Assembly: GCA_946404925.1 (NCBI GenBank)
Contig: CAMJFM010000007.1
Location: 2,662-66,661 of the forward strand
Source: an uncultured Prevotella sp.
Lineage (GTDB): Bacteria; Bacteroidota; Bacteroidia; Bacteroidales; Bacteroidaceae
Length of the DNA: 64,000 nucleotides
Reading direction: 5' to 3'
Positions 40,090-48,295 of the stretch are shown piece by piece (position 1 is the stretch's first letter; each line of letters opens with the position of its first letter). The notes beneath the pieces were generated by a model, which saw only the letters and a list, made by a program, of their open reading frames with translations, was not told where the DNA came from and made no database searches. Made by a program: the position numbers and the translations under genes.

Positions 40090-41270
40090 TTTATTAATGT
40101 TTTAGAATATACATGTACATCACTTGTGTCGGACTCACGTCCTAACAAGAATTTATCGATAAACGCCAGCACCTCTGGCCATTGGCACTCAGGCAACTGA
40201 CAATGCCCATGACCGCCTACGATACTCCAACCCATGCGGTCGGCAGCACCGAATCGTGCCCATACTTTTCTGGCTTCCTGGGCAGAAACCAGCATGGCAT
40301 TATCGGCCAACCATTTGTAATCAGGATTACCCAACAGCAACAAGGCTCTTGGAAATACCAGCGCACAAAGCTCATGCTGGTCGTATGGCAATTGATAAAC
40401 GCTGTCGCCACGGAAATTCTCCAGCTGACTCTCCAAGAACCAGTGGTAGTCTGTCCTGTCGATATTCTCTACATCGTTCTGCAGATGCGAGATACGCCAG
40501 GCAGCAGCACCACCGCCACCAGGCTCTTGAGCGATAGTAAGAGCTACACGCTCATCGAACGCACCACAATAAAGCGCCATCTTACCAGCATACGAACAAC
40601 CTGTAACTCCAATATGCTTCATATCGATCTTGGTTACTTCAGAGCCCAACAGTTCCAGTCCGTCGAGCAGTCTACTAAATCCCCAAGCCCATTCACTATA
40701 TGCGCCATTATCCTTTAAATGAGGATAGAGTCGGTCGAAGTTATGCTCACCCCTCTCATGATGCTTGCCCCACTGGCCATAATCGTTAACCTGCTTCTCG
40801 TGGAAGTTCATTGTAGCGATAGGACGATCCTCAAACAGCTGGCGTGGAAGAGCAATCATGCTCGATCCAATCATAAGCGGATAGGGAGCCTTACCTGTCT
40901 TCGGATATTTGATCTCAGAGGTCAAGGTAAGTGTTTCGCCATTCACCGTAACATCCACAATCAACGTATCACCAGACATTCGAGCCTTGATACTCTCTTT
41001 GTTTACAGTAGGTTTCTCGCCAATACCATAATGCTGGATCAGAGCAGCAATCTCGCTGCGTTTGCGAGACCAATCGCTAAAACCACTAACGCCTTCAAGT
41101 GGATCAGGCAGGTTCTTGATAACGGGCAACTTGCTTGCCTCGGGCATAGCCGGCTTAGCAAAAGCAGCACCTGTATTTTCTACTTGGTAAAACAAAGGTA
41201 GTTGGCTACCCTCCTGCGCCTGAGCACAGAGGGTAGCGCAACAAAATACAATAGTTGATATAATTCTCAT
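40086..41270 (-). CDS. CE15 glucuronoyl esterase
   Basis: WAWGFSRLLD, IGVTGCSYAGKMAL, QEPGGGG, LPYDQHEL and GGHGHC motifs. Confidence 0.92.
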   Translation of the reverse strand: MRIISTIVFCCATLCAQAQEGSQLPLFYQVENTGAAFAKPAMPEASKLPVIKNLPDPLEGVSGFSDWSRKRSEIAALIQHYGIGEKPTVNKESIKARMSGDTLIVDVTVNGETLTLTSEIKYPKTGKAPYPLMIGSSMIALPRQLFEDRPIATMNFHEKQVNDYGQWGKHHERGEHNFDRLYPHLKDNGAYSEWAWGFSRLLDGLELLGSEVTKIDMKHIGVTGCSYAGKMALYCGAFDERVALTIAQEPGGGGAAAWRISHLQNDVENIDRTDYHWFLESQLENFRGDSVYQLPYDQHELCALVFPRALLLLGNPDYKWLADNAMLVSAQEARKVWARFGAADRMGWSIVGGHGHCQLPECQWPEVLAFIDKFLLGRESDTSDVHVYSKTLIK

Positions 41271-41293
41271 TAGTTATCCTTATTAAATATTGT

Positions 41294-43210
41294 TTAATCA
41301 TTACCACCAAAGCCGCCGCCGAAGCCGCCACCAAAGCCACCGCCCATAGCAGGAAACTCTGGATCTGGCTGTTTCTTTATATCGAGCATCAACTTAACCA
41401 ATGCTCTACGACGTTGACTCCATGTAGGATAATCGTTTGCATCGAGTTTATTCATCTTGAAACCAGGCATCTGCATGCCGCCCTGTTGCTGAGTAAAATC
41501 CTGGGCGGTAACGGTAATCATACATGGTTTTGTTTTTCCATCAGCAATCATTCTGTCGGCGATAGCATCAGCGCCACCAACCTTAAACCAACTTTCAACC
41601 GATTCACCTTCTACAGGAATCAACTGGATAAAGGCAGGCATCACGCCCATTCGCATATTACCAGAAGAATAGAAAGCAGTATTACGCTGCAAGTCGTAGC
41701 TTACACGTCCGTGAGCTATTTCTCCCTGAGATGCGAAGTTGAATGGAGACTTAGGATTGTCGGCAATGCTGTATTTGAATCCAGCATCTGGTGCAATAAA
41801 CATATTGCTGGGGTCGGCAACCTGCATGCCATCAACCACAAAACAGTATTTGAAGGTTTCAAACAAGTTGTCAGTCATCATCACACTCCATACGCCATCG
41901 CTATCACGTTCCATTGCCAAATTATCGGGCAGAATCTCGCACTCCAACTCTACCTTCTGAGCATCAGGTGCCTTGAAACGGAAAACGATACCATCCTCAG
42001 TATATTCTGGTGAAATGATGGGACGTGGAAAGAGTCGTGCCATAACACCAGGGGTAAACTGCTGCTCTTTTCCAGTTGCTGCAGGAGCTGGCTCACCATT
42101 CTTCATTGCCTCCTCTGATGCCTTCTTATTGAAGAGCAGAGGTAGCGTCTTAGTCAGGAAATACTTTGCGTTCATCCAGGTATGTCCAAACTTATCGTTA
42201 GTAAACTCCTTAACGCTGCGGATACCTTTCTTATCAAGGAATTCCATATAGTCGCGGGCATTACCATACAGGAAATCATCGGTACCCACACCTAACCAGA
42301 ACAGACGGATTTTCTTGTTGGTATCATCGGCATTATCGTAAACACCGGCAATATCTGTAGAAGTGAACGAACTATAGCTGCACAAATATGAGAACTTATC
42401 AAGATTACTCAATCCATTGAATAATGCCTGGTTACCTCCACGTGAGAAGCCTCCAATAGCACGATGGTCTTTGTTATTAATAGTACGATAGTTCTTCTCG
42501 ATGTAAGGCATTAAGTCATTTATAAGGTCCTTACTGAAAACATCGCCACCAAATCTTGTTTGCGGAGCACCATTTGCAGCAGGAGCAGCCAACAGCTTGG
42601 TGGGGTTACCGTATGGTAATACGATTATCATCTCCTTGGCAGCCTTCTTTGACAACAGGTTGTCGAGGATATAGTTTACACGGCCTACCTTATAATAAAC
42701 CTCTTCAGTATCTGTGGTACCACTAATCAAATAGAATACGGGATACTTCTTATCAAAGCTCATCATATAGTTAGGTGGAAGATATACGATAGCAGTATTA
42801 GTTCCACCAAGACTATTAGAATAATAGTGGATATACTCTATCGTACCATGTGGCACATCCTTGATGTCGTGAGCAAGTCCATCCTTCGATTTAATCTCCA
42901 ACAAGCTGTTCTTAAAGCCCTCGTTGGGGAAATACTGAGGATTGTCGGGATCCATAATGCTTACACCATCAACCACAAAGCAATAAGGATACATGTCGGG
43001 GGCTGCAGGTCCTAATGTAACAGTCCAAAGTCCTGTCTTTGCATCTTTCTGCATAGGCTTTCGCCCAGCAAACTGTACATCAACCAACACCTCTTTGGCT
43101 TGGTCGTTCTTGTACTGGAACGTCACCGTACCATCCTCATGACAGATGGTTTCGGCGTTTGCCTGCATGCAACAGGCTAGAAGAAACATAAAAAATGATT
43201 TGGTCTTCAT
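41294..43210 (-). CDS. CE1 feruloyl/acetyl-xylan esterase with CBM48-like domains (CBM48-CE1-CBM48-degenerate esterase)
   Basis: YCFVVDGV...DP.N occurs twice; YPVFYLISG; GGFSRGG nucleophile elbow; GHTW. Confidence 0.85.
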   Translation of the reverse strand: MKTKSFFMFLLACCMQANAETICHEDGTVTFQYKNDQAKEVLVDVQFAGRKPMQKDAKTGLWTVTLGPAAPDMYPYCFVVDGVSIMDPDNPQYFPNEGFKNSLLEIKSKDGLAHDIKDVPHGTIEYIHYYSNSLGGTNTAIVYLPPNYMMSFDKKYPVFYLISGTTDTEEVYYKVGRVNYILDNLLSKKAAKEMIIVLPYGNPTKLLAAPAANGAPQTRFGGDVFSKDLINDLMPYIEKNYRTINNKDHRAIGGFSRGGNQALFNGLSNLDKFSYLCSYSSFTSTDIAGVYDNADDTNKKIRLFWLGVGTDDFLYGNARDYMEFLDKKGIRSVKEFTNDKFGHTWMNAKYFLTKTLPLLFNKKASEEAMKNGEPAPAATGKEQQFTPGVMARLFPRPIISPEYTEDGIVFRFKAPDAQKVELECEILPDNLAMERDSDGVWSVMMTDNLFETFKYCFVVDGMQVADPSNMFIAPDAGFKYSIADNPKSPFNFASQGEIAHGRVSYDLQRNTAFYSSGNMRMGVMPAFIQLIPVEGESVESWFKVGGADAIADRMIADGKTKPCMITVTAQDFTQQQGGMQMPGFKMNKLDANDYPTWSQRRRALVKLMLDIKKQPDPEFPAMGGGFGGGFGGGFGGND

Positions 43211-43229
43211 ACGTTAAAAGTTTATGTTG

Positions 43230-45383
43230 TTAGTAAATTGTATAGCCAGCTCTAATAAACACAGGAATATAGGCTTTAGTAACAGGTGTTGTTACATATT
43301 GCCCTCCATCGTAGTGTTTACCCGTACGATAGTCAGTCCAGCCACCCTCGTTCTTAGGGAGGTAAGTCTGCCAAGAGGTAACTCCAGGCTCTGTGACAGG
43401 ACTGATTAAAAGTGCAGGGCCAAACATATATTCATACTTTTGCTTCAAAGCCTCAGCATCACCTGAAAAATCGAATACCAGAGGACGCATGAGAGTGCCA
43501 CCCTCTTCTGATACGGCTTTGGCACACCGTTGGATATAAGGCAAAAGCTGATAACGCTCTTTCAGACACTGTGCAATAATATCTAGTGCATCCTTGCCAT
43601 AATTCCAAGGTTCGGTATTACTCATATAACCATGAACACGCATCAGGGGCAGATAAACAGCCGTTTCAATCCATCGCAACATTCGTTCAATATAAGCAGT
43701 GTCGGTATATTGATTCTGTGGACGGAAAAATCCACCTGCATCGTATGTCCACCAAGGGATACCAGCAGCCTGCATGCCCAAACCTGCAGTAATCTGCCTA
43801 CGGAAAGTCTCCCAATCATTGCCGACATCGCCGCTCCACATGGCAGAACCATAGCGTTGGATACCAGCAAATCCACAACGGGTCAATATCATGGGTTCCT
43901 TTCCTGCTGCTATCAGGCCTTCGTATACAGTCTTATTAACCAACAACGGATACACATTGCGCACCTGCTCACCGGTCCATTTTCCTTTGTTTACCATGCG
44001 ACCTACCAGATCGTCATTTTCTGGTTCTGTTGCATCCTGCCACCATGCGTCTATACCTAACGGTAATAAGCGCTGTTTAAAATTCTTCCAATAAGCAGCT
44101 GCTGCATCGGGATTAAAGAAGTCTATCCAATCGGTACCAGGAATATAATGGTTACCAACCTCCATCTCCTGTCCTACTTCCGAGTTCTTGTCTATCTTCG
44201 ACCATACACTCAGCATGAGCTTTATTCCCATTTTATGCAGACTATCTGTCAACACTTTGGGATTGGGATAATTGTCTTCATCAAACTGCATAGAATTCCA
44301 CCCATGCTTACCCCAATATTGCCAGTCTTGAACAATCACACTTACCGGTAATTGTTCACTCTGAAAACGATTTGCCGTCTGAAGTATCTCATCTGACGAA
44401 TGAAAACGTTCACGACAGTGAATATAACCCAGCGCCCACTCTGGCATCTGAGGGCATTCGCCAGTAAGCTCACGATAAGTAGCAATTATCTCATCTGGAG
44501 TACCAACAAAAACAGTATAGTCCACAGCATCGGCCACTGGCGAACGGAACGTTGTTTCATCCTTCACCTTATTATAATATAGAACAGGCTGATCTTCTTT
44601 GGTTAGTTCGGCAGACAACTGATGATTGCCTTTTGTAAGACGTACAATCTTTGAGGCTGTTGGTGGCAACCATAGGTTCTGCATCTCTATTACCGACTGA
44701 CCATCGATAGCGAGATTATGCCTGCGAGCCATCTTCTGGCCCACATCCAGCAGCAAGGCATAGTCGCCCTCTTCATCTATATGAATAGAAGCCTCAAAGA
44801 TATGGCGTTCACGTATCTCACGCTTTCCGCCCTCAGTCGAAGTCACATCAACTACTTCGCTCTCACCCACTCCTGCTCGTTTTACAAGTCTTACGCTCTT
44901 CTCGCAAGGATTAAACTCTGTCAGACCATAGTTGTTCCACAAAACACCATAACCCTTACTCGACAACAGCATTGGGATACTGATTTGAGTATTGACTTGG
45001 GTGAGTCGACGCGACAAGCCTCTGATGTTGCTATAACCATCCTGAAACTGTCCAAGGCCATAAAGGCACTCATCTTTCGGAGATTTGAAAGCAAGTGTAG
45101 CCTCACCTGCGTTATATTTGTGGGCAGATGCATTAAAAACCACCTTACCGTTCTTATCCTTTACAACCAGTGAGTTTCCCTTGACTATAGCAGTAATATC
45201 AGCCTTCTTCAGTTTATCATGCTTCACATACAACCAATCTGGCAACGTATTTCGTGCTTTCGGATCAGCATACCTCACGCGAACGGCATTTTTAGCAACA
45301 TAGCTTACCATCAGCTTCTCCTGGGCAGCGGTAAACGATACCATTACCCACAACAACATAACCGAAAGCAGTTTCCTCTTCAT
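43230..45383 (-). CDS. GH31 glycoside hydrolase (alpha-xylosidase-like)
   Basis: YGLGQFQDG, VQDWQYW, WWQDATEPE (nucleophile), WSGDV, DAGGF and EYMFGP motifs. Confidence 0.9.
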   Translation of the reverse strand: MKRKLLSVMLLWVMVSFTAAQEKLMVSYVAKNAVRVRYADPKARNTLPDWLYVKHDKLKKADITAIVKGNSLVVKDKNGKVVFNASAHKYNAGEATLAFKSPKDECLYGLGQFQDGYSNIRGLSRRLTQVNTQISIPMLLSSKGYGVLWNNYGLTEFNPCEKSVRLVKRAGVGESEVVDVTSTEGGKREIRERHIFEASIHIDEEGDYALLLDVGQKMARRHNLAIDGQSVIEMQNLWLPPTASKIVRLTKGNHQLSAELTKEDQPVLYYNKVKDETTFRSPVADAVDYTVFVGTPDEIIATYRELTGECPQMPEWALGYIHCRERFHSSDEILQTANRFQSEQLPVSVIVQDWQYWGKHGWNSMQFDEDNYPNPKVLTDSLHKMGIKLMLSVWSKIDKNSEVGQEMEVGNHYIPGTDWIDFFNPDAAAAYWKNFKQRLLPLGIDAWWQDATEPENDDLVGRMVNKGKWTGEQVRNVYPLLVNKTVYEGLIAAGKEPMILTRCGFAGIQRYGSAMWSGDVGNDWETFRRQITAGLGMQAAGIPWWTYDAGGFFRPQNQYTDTAYIERMLRWIETAVYLPLMRVHGYMSNTEPWNYGKDALDIIAQCLKERYQLLPYIQRCAKAVSEEGGTLMRPLVFDFSGDAEALKQKYEYMFGPALLISPVTEPGVTSWQTYLPKNEGGWTDYRTGKHYDGGQYVTTPVTKAYIPVFIRAGYTIY

Positions 45384-45397
45384 TAGCCCTTGTATTT

Positions 45398-48112
45398 TTA
45401 CTTAAACTGCCACCAGTCTAAGCGTACGTCGCCGCTGGCCTTGTCGAAACAGATATAGAGGTCGTGAACACCTTCGGCATTCTTCACCTTACCACTAAAG
45501 GTGCGGTACTTTTCTACAGAACCTGTCTTGCCGATAGTAACTGTACCCACCACAGGTCCTTTGTTGCTGTCCAATCTCAGATTAACAGTAACACCACCAG
45601 TTGAAGCTGCTATAACATTGAACTGCTTAGCACCCTTGGTTCCAAAGTCGACGCCACGAAGTTTAATATACTCACCGTTATCGATATCAAAGATATACAT
45701 ATTCTTCTTACCGGTAGATGCTGGCATATCAGCTATCACACCGGTATTCTCTATACCCATTTTAGCACTCTTCAGTCCATAGCCCCAAGCCATTGTCTCT
45801 GCTTCCACCCTCTTATAAGGATTAAGCCAGTGCAACTGCTTCATAGGCTGCTGATCCAGCCAATATGGAACCTCCTGAATGGTTCCATCGGCATTATAGG
45901 TAATCTCTGTAGCCGATACACTACGACGCTCATGGTGAACAAATGTCTCAAGATGCATCAGGTCGTAGTTCTGACCAAACACATAAGAATGGCCTTTGTA
46001 ATCGCATATTCCTGGATGATTTCCACGATCGCGCTGTGTAGGCTTCATGATATAGCCTTTCCACTCCCAAGGCCCTGTAGGACTGTCGCTCATCGCATAG
46101 CCAAGAGCTTCAGGACAGCAGGTTGATGCAAAACCAAGATAGTAATGACCGTTACGCTTATAGAACCAAGGTCCTTCCTGATAGTTTGGAATATGTGGCA
46201 ACTTTGTTACACCACTTGTCAGCGATGTCATATCCTCACCAAGCTTAGCCCAGAAGGTGTGTGGATTACCCCAGTACATATAAGCCTGACCATCATCATC
46301 AGTATATACCGATGGGTCGATATCATACCAATTGCTCTGGTCCCATACCAATGGTTTGCCCAGAGGATCCTTAAATGGTCCATAAGGCGAATCTGCCTCA
46401 AGCACACCTATGCCATGTCCATGCAGAGGAGCATAAAGATAATATTTTCCGTTACGTTCAACTGTCTGTATAGCCCATGCACCATTCTCACGACTGCGCC
46501 AAGAGAAATCCTTCAGCGATGCTACTGCACCATGCTCTGTCCAGTTTACCATATCGGTGGTGCTCCACAACAACCAGTCGTACATAAAGAATCCGGCTGA
46601 ACTTTTTTCATTTTCATCGGGGATGTCCTCAGGCGAAGCATCGTGAGATGTGTAGAGGAACAGCGTATCTCCAACAACCAGTGGCGAGGGGTCGGCGGTG
46701 TATTTGGTCTGGAACAGCGGCATGTTCACCTGCTCCAGTCCGCGCATCTCCCACCAGTCGAAGTTAAACAATTTCGGACCTTTTCGTCCAGTAAATACTA
46801 AATAAAGATCGTGGCGTCCCTTAACGAGTTCTGTGAAGTCTGCAGTCAGTGTCTGCCACTTCTCCCAACCTCCTGTTGCAGGAACTTCCAATTTACAAAG
46901 TATCTTACCATTGATACTGTCGAAACGTACCTCAATATTACCACCACGAAGTCCACTGGCCACACGGGCAGTAAAAGTACGGGGCAGTTTGTTGCAGAAA
47001 CATACATTCTGCAGTTTAATATAATCACCGTTGTGTATATCGCTTACATAAACACCAACCTCGTCATTTTGCTCAGTTTTAACACCCCTTGAAAAAGCCA
47101 TCGTCTCAGCCTCCACCTTACGATAAGGACTAAACTCAGCCACAGGTTTTACACCCTCATCTGTTGGCATAATGGTTGGGAAACTGCCATCGGCATTGTA
47201 TTTAAACTCCTCTACAGCCACACTGCGACCAAAGCCACCACCTTGTGGCAGTTTGCCTGTATGGTAGAAGAAATAGCTATGTCCTTTATAGTCGGCTACA
47301 CCACAATGGTTAGTAAACGAGTTTGTATCGCAAAGAGGCATAATCTCGCCAGCATATTTCCAAGGTCCAAGTGGTGAAGGAGCTGTACTGTAGCTGATAT
47401 GCTCTGGCACGCCACCGGCAGCATACAGCAGCTGATATACGCCATTACGTTTAGTAAGCCATGGGCCTTCTACATACGAGTCTTTATACTTTTTACCCTT
47501 CTCGCGTTCTTTCATCATCGGACCACCAAAGGCTTCTTCTGTCATAGGCAGTTTGCCAAGTTCACCCTCGTACGAAATCATATCGCGGTTCAACTTCAGA
47601 TAGTAAACCTGAGGATTTCCCCACATCAGCCATGCCTGCCCGTCGTCATCAATCATCACAGTCGGGTCGATATGATCCCATGAACCGTTCTCAAATAATG
47701 GTTTGCCCAGCGCATCTTTAAATGGGCCTGTTGGCGAGTCAGCCACAGCCACACCGATGGCCATACCTCCGGAAATCTTTGAGTGAGCACAGATATACCA
47801 ATAAAACTTGCCATCGCGTTCGATAGTTTGCGATGCCCAAGCACGATCGTCAGCCCACGAGAAGCTCTCAAGTGCCAGAGGTGATCCATGATCCTGCCAG
47901 TTTACCATATCCTGAGTTGAATACACTCGCCACTCCTGCATCCAGAAGAAATCAGCGCCATCCTCATCATGGCCGGTATATACATACATAGTTCCGTTAT
48001 GTACCATTGGCGCAGGGTCGCTAGTACACCATGTCTGCACAAAGGGGTTCTGTGCCTTCGTGCCCGTAGCAAGCAGCAATAATGCTGCCATTGCGGTTGT
48101 TTTCTTGATCAT
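45398..48112 (-). CDS. Tandem GH43-CBM6-GH43-CBM6 xylosidase/arabinofuranosidase
   Basis: Two SDPAP/ADPSP...WA...IDP...EGP catalytic sets, each followed by a VEAETMA CBM6; start MIKKTT at 48112 lies downstream of the -7 box. Confidence 0.92.
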   Translation of the reverse strand: MIKKTTAMAALLLLATGTKAQNPFVQTWCTSDPAPMVHNGTMYVYTGHDEDGADFFWMQEWRVYSTQDMVNWQDHGSPLALESFSWADDRAWASQTIERDGKFYWYICAHSKISGGMAIGVAVADSPTGPFKDALGKPLFENGSWDHIDPTVMIDDDGQAWLMWGNPQVYYLKLNRDMISYEGELGKLPMTEEAFGGPMMKEREKGKKYKDSYVEGPWLTKRNGVYQLLYAAGGVPEHISYSTAPSPLGPWKYAGEIMPLCDTNSFTNHCGVADYKGHSYFFYHTGKLPQGGGFGRSVAVEEFKYNADGSFPTIMPTDEGVKPVAEFSPYRKVEAETMAFSRGVKTEQNDEVGVYVSDIHNGDYIKLQNVCFCNKLPRTFTARVASGLRGGNIEVRFDSINGKILCKLEVPATGGWEKWQTLTADFTELVKGRHDLYLVFTGRKGPKLFNFDWWEMRGLEQVNMPLFQTKYTADPSPLVVGDTLFLYTSHDASPEDIPDENEKSSAGFFMYDWLLWSTTDMVNWTEHGAVASLKDFSWRSRENGAWAIQTVERNGKYYLYAPLHGHGIGVLEADSPYGPFKDPLGKPLVWDQSNWYDIDPSVYTDDDGQAYMYWGNPHTFWAKLGEDMTSLTSGVTKLPHIPNYQEGPWFYKRNGHYYLGFASTCCPEALGYAMSDSPTGPWEWKGYIMKPTQRDRGNHPGICDYKGHSYVFGQNYDLMHLETFVHHERRSVSATEITYNADGTIQEVPYWLDQQPMKQLHWLNPYKRVEAETMAWGYGLKSAKMGIENTGVIADMPASTGKKNMYIFDIDNGEYIKLRGVDFGTKGAKQFNVIAASTGGVTVNLRLDSNKGPVVGTVTIGKTGSVEKYRTFSGKVKNAEGVHDLYICFDKASGDVRLDWWQFK

Positions 48113-48140
48113 TCTATTATCGTTTATTAGTTTACGACTG

Positions 48141-48206
48141 CAAAGGTACATCAAAAAAACGACATCAGATTTCGTAAATGTATCATTTACTTTACTAAAC
48201 GTAACA
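48141..48206 (-). promoter_or_regulatory. Promoter of the GH43-GH31-esterase operon with upstream activator site
   Basis: -7 box TACCTTTG (48141-48148) and TGTTAC-N5-GTAAAGT (48189-48206). Confidence 0.7.
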
Positions 48207-48208
48207 CA

Positions 48209-48240
48209 AACAAAAAGTCCGGACTTTCACAAGCCCGGAC
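48209..48240 (-). terminator. Terminator after the GH10 gene
   Basis: GTCCGGGCTT-GTGA-AAGTCCGGAC followed by TTTTTGTTT. Confidence 0.8.
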
Positions 48241-48295
48241 CCCCAAAACAATGTAAAGTTCTAAAATTACCCGCCCACTAGAGGGGCAGATAATA

